Shown: positions 7,390-15,660 of the stretch, piece by piece | Layout of the letters: every line of letters starts with the position of its first letter | Position numbering within the stretch: position 1 is the stretch's first letter | Origin: a virus | IMG/VR virus record: IMGVR_UViG_3300045988_173425 | Span: 36,970-100,969 of that record | Direction: 5' to 3' (one strand) | Length of the DNA: 64,000 nt | Translations under genes and position numbers: made by a program | The notes under the pieces: generated by a model | What the model was told of the DNA's origin: nothing | The model's database searches: none | The model's input: the letters and a program-made list of their open reading frames with translations, nothing else

Positions 7390-10107
7390 ATGATGCCTGA
7401 AATTATAGCCCCTTCGGTGACACACCGCTTGGCTTGTTTGGACCTCGTTGATGAAATTATCGAGGGTATGGACGAGCGCGGCCTGAACGAAATGATGAGC
7501 GGCGATATACACGACGTTGATACGATATTCGACGCCTTGATGGAAGACACGTACCGGATTATGTATACCGGCGACGTGTCGATCGATTTTAAGCCCCGCT
7601 ATGAAGAGAACGTCGCTGCCGTGGTGGAAGACACCTTGAGGTGCGCCAATTTGACGTATTTCATCACCTCTGTAATACCAGACTTCCAACTGTCGTGGCA
7701 CCACTTGGAGTGGGGTGAGTTGGTACACCAGTACAAGAAACTGTGTATCAACGCTGCGCGTGACCACGGAAAATGCGAAGCCGTTGGCACTCCCGTAAGA
7801 ATGTACGATGGAACTATCAAAAAGGTCGAAGACGTTGTCGTTGGAGACCTGTTGATGGGTGTTGATTCTAAACCGCGCCGCGTGGTTGCCACACACCGCG
7901 GTCACGATTCGATCATGTACCGTATCGACCAGTCGCGCGGTGATAGCTACATCGTTAATTCGCGTCACATTTGTACGCTAATCGAAAAAGGACGCGACGG
8001 AAGCGTTGAGCGCTGCTGTAAACGAATCGTTGACGTTGATATACCAACGCTGTTGAGTAAAACCCCAAACTGGGTAAGAGAGCGCTATCGCGGCTTCAAG
8101 GTAGCGGTGAAATATCCAGCGCGACCTGTAGGGGTGGAACCGTATTTCTTGGGGTACTGGTTGGGTGACGGAAATTCTAACAACCAAAAGATCACCACTG
8201 CCGACCCCGAAGTTGCGGAGTATTTACGCGGTTATGCCGAGCGTTTAGGACTTCATTACGGTCAGCAGGGTATGACGGTGACGATTGGAATCGATACCCG
8301 TGGACGCGGTAAGCGTAACCCGCTGGAAAGGATGCTAAAGGGTTACAACCTACTTTTCAACAAACACATTCCCGACCAATACCTCGTCAACAGCGAAGAA
8401 GTTCGTCTCCAGGTGTTGGCAGGGTTGATAGACTCCGACGGTAACTATTGGCAGGGCGGCTATCATTTCAGCAACACGAACCACCAGTTGGCGTGTGATG
8501 TGAAGAATTTGGCTGATAGCCTCGGTTTTTGTACACGATTAGGTGGCGGAACGCGGTATTGTAAAGCGTTGGGTCGTGACTATGCGTCGTGGGTCGTGAC
8601 TATTTCTGGCGAACTGGACCGTATTCCGGTAAAGATCGCTCGTAAGAAAGTCGTCACCGACTGGGTCTCAAAGACGTCACACAAAAACTGGGGCACGATC
8701 AACGGCATACACCCCAGCGTGGTATCGTCGTTGAAAATTACGCCCGTTGGCGAAGGTGAGTATGTGTCTATCACCACCGACGGCGACCACCGCTTCGTGT
8801 TGGGTGATGGTACGGTGACTCACAACTCGTTCTATTTCTCCAACGCCTACGCCGCGTGGCAGCTATACCGTTACAAACGTCCCTCAACAACTCGTTATTC
8901 AAAGCGTCCCACCGTGGCGTCGTCAAATCGCGGATTCTTATTTTCGTTCTCGCTACAGCAGAGCGTTGACCTTTTGGAGATTCTGAAAGGAACCATCGAA
9001 GAAAACGAGATTCTAAAAGAGCGGCTGTTCCCCCAGTCAACGGCCAACAACTGGTCAGCTACCAATATCGTGTGCCGCAACGGAGCGCGTTTGACGGGTA
9101 AGGGCTTTGGATCGTCGGTGCGCGGTGCTCACCCGTACTGGATTATCGTTGACGACGGCCTGAAGGACAACGTCATCTACTCCAGTCTCCAACGAAATAA
9201 GTCCACCGACTATTTCCACTCGGTGATTATGAATATGCTCGTCCCCGGCGGCCAGATTATCGTTGTTGGTACGCCGTTCCACGCCGAAGACCTTTACGGC
9301 GACTTGAAGACGAAGAACGGCTGGTTTGTGATTGAATACCCAGCTATCTTCCCTGACGGACGAATTCTTTGGCCTCAACGGTGGTCGTTTAAGGACCTGA
9401 TGGACAAAAAGGAGACTCAAGGATCGATCATCTTCTCACGCGAGAACCTTTGCCGCCCGATCACTAACGAGTCGTCTATATTCCCGATGGAAATTCTTAC
9501 ACGCGCGTTGCTACGAATGGAGAACTACACGTTGGTGGATTCACGTGAAGAATTCCCCGTTAAATTCTCCAAGGTGGTCGTTGGGTGCGACTTCGCCATT
9601 TCAGCCAACGTCGGTGCCGACTACGCCGTATTCAGCGTGTGGGGAATTGACGAATTGACTGACGAGCGTTGGCTGTTACACCTGTACCGTGAAAAGGGCG
9701 TGAAGTTCTTCGAGCAAATGAACGTTCTGCGCCGTATCAACTCCCGTTTCCGTCCAGACCTGATCGTGATGGAGAATAACACCTTCCAACAGATATTCGT
9801 TGAAGCCGCCGACACTGAAGGTATGCCTGTTATCGGCCACACTACGGGTATTGATAAATACGACCTGAAAACTGGTTGGCCGCACCTTTCGACGCTCTTT
9901 GAACGCGGTAAGATACACATTCCTGTGGGTAACGTATACTCACAACAGGTCAAGGACCTCATTTTCCAAGACCTCGGTTCAGTGGCTTTCACCGAAAAAG
10001 GATTGGAGAGCGTGGGCAGTCACGACGATATTTCGTCGTCGTTCTGGTTGGCCGACTTGGCTGCTTCGCGTATGACTACGGGCTTTAAGTTTGATATGTT
10101 AGGTTAG
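7390..10107 (+). CDS. terL: terminase large subunit, interrupted by an intein
   Basis: Removing 7774-8826 gives ...INAARDHGK|SFYF..., a Walker A (GKS). Walker B is YWIIVDDG. The C-terminal RNase-H-like nuclease has acidic motifs (VVGCDFA, IVMENN, SHDDISSS). The extein is 554 aa. Confidence 0.9.
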   Translation: MMPEIIAPSVTHRLACLDLVDEIIEGMDERGLNEMMSGDIHDVDTIFDALMEDTYRIMYTGDVSIDFKPRYEENVAAVVEDTLRCANLTYFITSVIPDFQLSWHHLEWGELVHQYKKLCINAARDHGKCEAVGTPVRMYDGTIKKVEDVVVGDLLMGVDSKPRRVVATHRGHDSIMYRIDQSRGDSYIVNSRHICTLIEKGRDGSVERCCKRIVDVDIPTLLSKTPNWVRERYRGFKVAVKYPARPVGVEPYFLGYWLGDGNSNNQKITTADPEVAEYLRGYAERLGLHYGQQGMTVTIGIDTRGRGKRNPLERMLKGYNLLFNKHIPDQYLVNSEEVRLQVLAGLIDSDGNYWQGGYHFSNTNHQLACDVKNLADSLGFCTRLGGGTRYCKALGRDYASWVVTISGELDRIPVKIARKKVVTDWVSKTSHKNWGTINGIHPSVVSSLKITPVGEGEYVSITTDGDHRFVLGDGTVTHNSFYFSNAYAAWQLYRYKRPSTTRYSKRPTVASSNRGFLFSFSLQQSVDLLEILKGTIEENEILKERLFPQSTANNWSATNIVCRNGARLTGKGFGSSVRGAHPYWIIVDDGLKDNVIYSSLQRNKSTDYFHSVIMNMLVPGGQIIVVGTPFHAEDLYGDLKTKNGWFVIEYPAIFPDGRILWPQRWSFKDLMDKKETQGSIIFSRENLCRPITNESSIFPMEILTRALLRMENYTLVDSREEFPVKFSKVVVGCDFAISANVGADYAVFSVWGIDELTDERWLLHLYREKGVKFFEQMNVLRRINSRFRPDLIVMENNTFQQIFVEAADTEGMPVIGHTTGIDKYDLKTGWPHLSTLFERGKIHIPVGNVYSQQVKDLIFQDLGSVAFTEKGLESVGSHDDISSSFWLADLAASRMTTGFKFDMLG
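7774..8826 (+). mobile_element. intein with LAGLIDADG homing-endonuclease domain (351 aa)
   Basis: Starts with Cys (HGK|CEAVGTPV) and ends ...GDGTVTHN|S (His-Asn plus a +1 Ser). Two LAGLIDADG motifs: YFLGYWLGDGN and VLAGLIDSDGNY. Length is exactly 1053 nt, in frame. Confidence 0.9.
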
Positions 10108-10126
10108 CGCCATCGTTTTAAGTGAT

Positions 10127-10942
10127 ATGAAAACTCTGATAGCACTATTCACTCGTGGTCGTGTTGACCGTCAGAAAACCCTTCAACGCCTCACTCCTGA
10201 AGCACGTCGGCGCGTGACCGTATTCTGCCACCCCGGCGAATTGGCGGCTCATCGTCGTAACTGGGGCGGTAAGGTTGGCGGCATCGAGGAATACAGCACG
10301 GCGTGTCGCGGCGTGGGGGACATACGCGACTACATTGTTGTAGAGGCCCAAAATCGGGGATTTGGCGGAGTCTTCTTTTTAGACGATAACGTGTCTTTCT
10401 CGCTACGTTTAGACGATGCCAAGACCCCTGTGGTCATAAACAACGACAATTTCACCGTCGAGGCTCAAGAATATATCTACGCGATGATGTTCGACTGGGT
10501 GGCTGAACAGCTGGACACCTATGCCGTGGCGGCGCTTTCGTACCGTCCTTTCAACCGCGATAAGGAACACGACGTACAGATCAACGGGCGGTTCTTCTCC
10601 ATTTGGGGGCTGAACATCGAGCAGTACCTGAGCCAGCCCGTGAGATTCAGCGAGTGGCCCATCAAGGAAGATTTTGCGGTGGCGTGTGGCTTACGCCGTG
10701 CGGGATTGGATAACGTGGTGTCGTACCAGTACTCGTTCGACAAAATGACCGGAGCCAACGCCGCTGGTGGTTGTAGCGTGTATCGAACCATCGAAAACTC
10801 CAACGCCGAATCACAACGTTTAAGAGAAGCGTTCCCCGAGTATATCACCCTTCGTACCAAGCGGTGCACCAACTGGGGTGGTGAAATGAAGGATCGCGAA
10901 ATGATCGAAGTCAAAATACACTTAAAAGGATACAAGAAATGA
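10127..10942 (+). CDS. GT-A-like (nucleotide-diphospho-sugar transferase-like) protein, paralog of 27953-28756
   Basis: N-terminal beta-strand/Arg (LIALFTRGR), DxD-like FFLDDN after a hydrophobic strand, later KEDF and AAGG..Y. The same motif order occurs in 27953-28756. The fold assignment is by eye only. Confidence 0.35.
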   Translation: MKTLIALFTRGRVDRQKTLQRLTPEARRRVTVFCHPGELAAHRRNWGGKVGGIEEYSTACRGVGDIRDYIVVEAQNRGFGGVFFLDDNVSFSLRLDDAKTPVVINNDNFTVEAQEYIYAMMFDWVAEQLDTYAVAALSYRPFNRDKEHDVQINGRFFSIWGLNIEQYLSQPVRFSEWPIKEDFAVACGLRRAGLDNVVSYQYSFDKMTGANAAGGCSVYRTIENSNAESQRLREAFPEYITLRTKRCTNWGGEMKDREMIEVKIHLKGYKK

Positions 10943-11619
10943 ACGTAAAATTCAAGAAAGTACACCCCAGCGCTGTTCTCCCGACATACGCTCACCCCGA
11001 CGGCGAAGACAACGGACTGGACCTTGTGGCTGTGTCGATCGAGGAAACCGACGACTACATCGAATACGACACTGGCGTGGCCGTTGAAATCCCCAAGGGG
11101 TACTGCGGTTTTTTGGTCCCCAATTCACGCTGTTCGAAAAAGGACCTGGTGATGTGTAACGCGCCGGGGGTAATCGATCCGGGGTATCGCGGTACGATGC
11201 GCGCTCGCTACAAAAACGTCTTCCACGCACCGACGCTGTGGCAGAAGATTGCCGGTAAACTACAGACGTATAGCCACGGAGTCGGAAAACTCTGCGTCAA
11301 TCCCGGCCCGACACATTCCAAGGCGTTCGCCGTCGGCGATGTCGTAGCCCAGCTGGTCATCGTACCTGCGCCTCAGATTGAGTCCGGTTGGGTTGAAGAA
11401 CTCACTCCGTCGAAGCGCGACACGGGTGGTTTCGGGTCAACGGTCAAGAAGGAAACGCCGCGTGCCGTGTGGGACGAAGACGTGAAACCGTGCCCGCGGT
11501 GCGGATCACCGATGTCGGTATCGGAGGACTTAGACGATACGGTTCTCTTGCAGTGTGAGGACTGCGGCTACTGGAAACGTATCGATAACGACGGTCACAC
11601 CGTCGACGGAGGATATTAA
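10939..11619 (+). CDS. dut: trimeric dUTPase with internal insertion and C-terminal zinc ribbon
   Basis: All five dUTPase motifs: NGLDL, PNSRCS, GVIDPGYRG, VVAQLV, RDTGGFGST. There are about 45 aa between motifs 3 and 4. The C-terminal tail has CPRC...CEDC. Confidence 0.85.
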   Translation: MNVKFKKVHPSAVLPTYAHPDGEDNGLDLVAVSIEETDDYIEYDTGVAVEIPKGYCGFLVPNSRCSKKDLVMCNAPGVIDPGYRGTMRARYKNVFHAPTLWQKIAGKLQTYSHGVGKLCVNPGPTHSKAFAVGDVVAQLVIVPAPQIESGWVEELTPSKRDTGGFGSTVKKETPRAVWDEDVKPCPRCGSPMSVSEDLDDTVLLQCEDCGYWKRIDNDGHTVDGGY

Positions 11620-11631
11620 TACTCGTAACTC

Positions 11632-12219
11632 ATGAAAACGATACTCTTACACAATCCCGCCAAACAGGATAACGTCGAAGCGATGGCTGACGCCATGGTA
11701 GAGTCGATGCGCTTCGCCGACCATGTAGTCGATTATCCGGATATTTCCAAGGCCAAGGCCGACGATGGCGTTCCAGCCGAGTGGTTCTACAAGGCATACG
11801 CCGGCATCAACGAGACGTCTGAACTCACGGCCATTCTCCAGTACACGCAGCAGCGGATGCTTTTTGACCAGATTGGCGAAACGTTCTTGGGGATCGCGCT
11901 GACCGAAATGAAGCATTACGATCGTTTAGGCGACTTCATCGCTCATCTGGGTCACGCTGTATCAAAACCCGTGTTTTCGGCAGCCAAAGTGAACATTACG
12001 ACCGAAAGCCCCATCGAAGCGGTGATGATCAACCTCCGCGCCGAGCAAGACACCATCACTTCGTACGAGAAACTCATTCAGCGCATTCAATCCAGCAACC
12101 CTACGCCAACCGTGACTTCTACGTTGGCTGTTCAGTTGATTAACAAGATTATCGCTGATGAGCGTGTACACGTGAAACTTTTGGCTGAACTGGCTCAAAA
12201 CCTTGACGAAACGTTATGA
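11632..12219 (+). CDS. ferritin-like di-metal carboxylate protein (Mn-catalase/CotJC-like pattern)
   Basis: Ligand pattern E (SELTAILQY), ExxH (TEMKH), E (RAEQD), ExxH (DERVH) on predicted helices. Confidence 0.5.
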   Translation: MKTILLHNPAKQDNVEAMADAMVESMRFADHVVDYPDISKAKADDGVPAEWFYKAYAGINETSELTAILQYTQQRMLFDQIGETFLGIALTEMKHYDRLGDFIAHLGHAVSKPVFSAAKVNITTESPIEAVMINLRAEQDTITSYEKLIQRIQSSNPTPTVTSTLAVQLINKIIADERVHVKLLAELAQNLDETL

Positions 12220-12503
12220 AACCAGATCGCCGACACGGTTCGTTGATGTTGGCCGCCGTAAAGCGAATTGAAGCCGAACGCCCGGGAGTAATTTCCTGGG
12301 CGTCGCGCCAAGAACGGTGGTGGGAGATATGCGTCAGCGACTACGACTTTTACAAGAGTGAGTCTTTCCAACGTATTAAGGCCGCATATCGTAAGGCATT
12401 ACAAGCCGTTGGTGGCGGTAAATTGATATTCTGTTACGCCAAACCAGATGCTGAACGATTGTATGCCTTGGAGTGTGAAGGTAATTTGGTGATGGATTGT
12501 TGA
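12216..12503 (+). CDS. hypothetical protein (95 aa)
   Basis: ATGA overlap with the upstream stop. Confidence 0.65.
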   Translation: MKPDRRHGSLMLAAVKRIEAERPGVISWASRQERWWEICVSDYDFYKSESFQRIKAAYRKALQAVGGGKLIFCYAKPDAERLYALECEGNLVMDC

Positions 12504-12586
12504 AAAATTTTCGTAATTCTCTTGGAGAATTCGCATTTTCGCCGTACCTTCGCTCTTGGAAAAGAAATCGTAAAACAAAATTGGTT

Positions 12587-13414
12587 ATGGAAAAGACTCA
12601 AGACATCAACTCGATCCTCTCGAAACTGAAGAAACTGCAGCGGCTCTACGAGGGCGCCAAGGCTATCAACTCCGAAGCAGAAGCCCAGAACGCCGCTGCC
12701 AAAATTCAGAACCTCCTCACGCAATACAACCTTTCGATGGTTGATTTGGAAGCAGCCGTTGACGACGAGCCGAAGACTAACGTCACGGAAGAGAAACTCG
12801 ACGACAGCTGGCAGCGTAAGTGTGGCGGTTTTTGGGACCAGCTTCTGTTGTACGGGATTTGTAAGTACAACTTCTGCTACACGATAGTCAGCGGGCAGTA
12901 CACGCACCGCATTAATCGTAACGGCAAAATGGTCTTCGAAAAGCGTCATAAGTACATCGTTATTGGCGAGCCGCAGAATATCGAGGTCGTAAAATGGCTG
13001 TTCAACGTCTTGGCAGGGCAGCTGTATCGCTTGGCGCTGAAGCGGTACGAAGAGTATCGCGAAGACGACCGTCAGGCGGTTATGCGTCTCTTTGTGGGTG
13101 AAAAGAAAATGCACCGCGGTACGTTCCTCCGCTCGTATTTAGCTGGCGCAGCCAAGGGTGTTCAGGACAAATTGCGTGAAGAACGTGAACGCGAACTCCA
13201 AGCCCAAGTGCAGGTAAACGCGCTGGTGCTCCGCCACGACCAGCAGCTGAACGACTATGTGGCTGAAAATTACAAGGACCTCCGCGCTTCCAAACCGGGT
13301 CACATTGGCAGCTATCAGGCCATGCAGCAGGGACGCGAAGACGGCCGCAAGATTAATATAACGCGAGGCGGCATCGCTGCTTCGAATACCAACCCTAACC
13401 GTATAGCGCAATGA
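12587..13414 (+). CDS. DUF2786-like domain protein
   Basis: Start moved to ATG 12587 (MEKTQDIN...). ILSKLKKLQRLYEGAKAINSEAEAQNAAAKIQNLLTQYNL resembles the DUF2786 N-terminal helix pair, recalled from memory. Confidence 0.55.
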   Translation: MEKTQDINSILSKLKKLQRLYEGAKAINSEAEAQNAAAKIQNLLTQYNLSMVDLEAAVDDEPKTNVTEEKLDDSWQRKCGGFWDQLLLYGICKYNFCYTIVSGQYTHRINRNGKMVFEKRHKYIVIGEPQNIEVVKWLFNVLAGQLYRLALKRYEEYREDDRQAVMRLFVGEKKMHRGTFLRSYLAGAAKGVQDKLREERERELQAQVQVNALVLRHDQQLNDYVAENYKDLRASKPGHIGSYQAMQQGREDGRKINITRGGIAASNTNPNRIAQ

Positions 13415-14403
13415 AAGTGAACCTCGTATTTGACGGCAATTTCCTGTACCACCTGTCATTCTCCGTATTCTCGACATACTATCGCGGCCAGGACCTAACA
13501 GAGGTCCTGGAAGACCGCGAAAAGCGTCAAGTTCTGATTCGTAAGTGCGTGATGAACCTTTGCGCTGCGGTGCGGCGTTTTGGCGACGACGTGAACCGCG
13601 TTGTGGTGGTCATCGACTCCCACTCGTGGCGGCGAACCATTTACGACGACTACAAGTACGCTCTCACGCGTGTGAAGGAACCGTGGAGTGATGCGTTCGT
13701 TGAAGTATTGGGTGAATTCGAAGCGCTGTTGCGTAAACGCGGGCTGATTGTTACGCGCGTACCGGGAGCCGAAGGCGACGACCTGATTATGATGTGGGCC
13801 TTTGCGCTGGACGAACTCCCTGACGAAGAGACGGTAATTCTCACCGCCGACAGCGATATTCGCCAGCTGATAACGCCAACCATTTCGGTGTTTAACTACA
13901 ACTCGAAGTTCATGAAGTTCTACGTCTTTCCAGGCAAGGAGGCGTTGTGGAATGAGCGCTTGGACGCCGAAATTCAGGTTCTCACCACCGAAGCGTTTGA
14001 GGTGTTGTTGTATAAGGTGCTCATGGGTGATAAGTCGGATAATATACCCAAGGTCCGCGCTGGATTTGGCGATAAGGCGTTCAACCGTTTTATCGAATCA
14101 CTGAAACCGGAACTCAACGGCCGATTGCCGTCGCCGACCGTATTCCAAGGCTACAGCTGTACGAAACTGGCGCTGTGGATTCAGTCCAAGTTTGAGCGAT
14201 TCTTGGGCACGGCGCTTTCAACGGAAGAAATAGGTCGTATCATCTCCAACATCCAGTTAACGTGGCTTTCACCGTCGGTGTACGGCCCCAAGCAGGAAGA
14301 ACTACTCATAGCGATGGCTGAAGAGGTGGCCAACACGAAGGACAGCTACAACTATAAGAAGGCATATACGCTTGAAGACTTCTACGGAATGTTAATAAAG
14401 TAG
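13411..14403 (+). CDS. 5'-3' exonuclease / flap endonuclease (T4 RNase H-like, PIN-like fold)
   Basis: FDGNF..., VVVIDSHSWRRTIYDDYK, GAEGDDLI, LTADSDIRQL, and the H3TH motif MGDKSDNIPKVRAGFGDKAF. Confidence 0.8.
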   Translation: MKVNLVFDGNFLYHLSFSVFSTYYRGQDLTEVLEDREKRQVLIRKCVMNLCAAVRRFGDDVNRVVVVIDSHSWRRTIYDDYKYALTRVKEPWSDAFVEVLGEFEALLRKRGLIVTRVPGAEGDDLIMMWAFALDELPDEETVILTADSDIRQLITPTISVFNYNSKFMKFYVFPGKEALWNERLDAEIQVLTTEAFEVLLYKVLMGDKSDNIPKVRAGFGDKAFNRFIESLKPELNGRLPSPTVFQGYSCTKLALWIQSKFERFLGTALSTEEIGRIISNIQLTWLSPSVYGPKQEELLIAMAEEVANTKDSYNYKKAYTLEDFYGMLIK

Positions 14404-14423
14404 TTTGACCAAAATAATATACT

Positions 14424-14624
14424 ATGAAAAAGTGGATGTGGATTCTTATTATCGCGGTGGTCTTGGTGATCGCTGCGGTGGTATACGCCCATGAGGCGAA
14501 GGTGATCCACACGCTGGTGGCTATCTTCTCGTTTGTGGCGGGCGTGGTAGCACACTGGGCGTGGGTGAAGTATTTGGCTGCCAAGGCCGCTAAACAATCG
14601 AACAGCGATGGAAAACATTCGTGA
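14424..14624 (+). CDS. small membrane protein (two predicted TM helices)
   Basis: 66 aa, with hydrophobic segments WILIIAVVLVIAAVVY and LVAIFSFVAGVVAHWAWV. Confidence 0.6.
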   Translation: MKKWMWILIIAVVLVIAAVVYAHEAKVIHTLVAIFSFVAGVVAHWAWVKYLAAKAAKQSNSDGKHS

Positions 14625-15270
14625 CATCATTTTAGGCGCTCGCGCCGAGCGTCAGGAGCACATGCTCAAGGGCTTTGGCCCGATCCCTGAAGGCGACGAA
14701 GTTGAAAAGGCCGACAACGTCTTCGAGAAAATGGCCGAGGCTATCGAAAAGGCTGAGTCCGACAACAGCGAGGAGGCTCTCCAAGGTGAACTCCAGAAGG
14801 CTGATATCATGAACGCCATCAGCTACGATTCCAACATCAGGTTCAGCAAACTCGGCAAGGAGATCAAGGCCAAACTGAAGGCCGACGTTCTTCCGCCGCT
14901 GAACGCCAAATTGCAGGTTCTGGCCGCAGAACTTGAAAGCAAGTTGGAAGAGTGTGGCGGTGCGCCTACTGAAACCACTCCGCCGTGGTGGACGGCCGAC
15001 ATCAAGGTAGACATCCCGTTCCGCATCTTCTCGTGGGAAAGCATGGACTGCTGTGAAGCGCCGCGAATTGCCGGTACACTCGTTGGCGAAGAGCAGGAGA
15101 ACCCCGTTACGCCCGAAATGCGTAAGTGCCGCCAAGAGTACAACGACAAGGTGCGCGAGTACGCCAACGTGGCTACCGACATCAAGGCGTGCGAAATTCT
15201 TGAAACCAATCTTTCCGACAACGAACGCTATCAACTGTCACCTCGTCAGTTGACGGTGTTCGGGTTTTAG
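14608..15270 (+). CDS. hypothetical protein (220 aa, acidic)
   Basis: ATG ORF overlapping the upstream gene by 17 nt. The antisense 200-aa ORF is treated as a shadow. Confidence 0.7.
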   Translation: MENIRDIILGARAERQEHMLKGFGPIPEGDEVEKADNVFEKMAEAIEKAESDNSEEALQGELQKADIMNAISYDSNIRFSKLGKEIKAKLKADVLPPLNAKLQVLAAELESKLEECGGAPTETTPPWWTADIKVDIPFRIFSWESMDCCEAPRIAGTLVGEEQENPVTPEMRKCRQEYNDKVREYANVATDIKACEILETNLSDNERYQLSPRQLTVFGF

Positions 15271-15345
15271 TTTCTTTTCCGTTTCCATTTTGTCAGGACA
15301 GCGGCCTCGATTCGGTAACGTTTCGGGGCCAACGTTTTTGAACGT

Positions 15346-15660
15346 ATGGACCGATGGAAATATTTCAGAATAGGTGATGTCGTTGCAGACCCTGAAGTTT
15401 GGGGTCGGACGACGTTTGTAATACGCGCGTTTCACGGTAACGACTACTGCCCGTTAATTACTGGCGAGTCCCTAAAACCGATTCGCGGTCGCCGCATAAG
15501 GGTAAACCTCGGCGTCGGGGAGGTGCGACTTGTAAACGCTCCTAAACGTCCGTTGATGAAGGTTCCAGATGGTACGTTGGTGCGGTTGACTGGGAAGAGC
15601 GTTGAAGCGCGGCGAGAATTGTTAATTAGAAGCTATCGTAAACAGCATGGCGACCTTTGA
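15346..15660 (+). CDS. hypothetical protein (104 aa)
   Basis: ATG ORF preceded by a GCCAACGTTTT motif variant at 15328. Confidence 0.65.
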   Translation: MDRWKYFRIGDVVADPEVWGRTTFVIRAFHGNDYCPLITGESLKPIRGRRIRVNLGVGEVRLVNAPKRPLMKVPDGTLVRLTGKSVEARRELLIRSYRKQHGDL

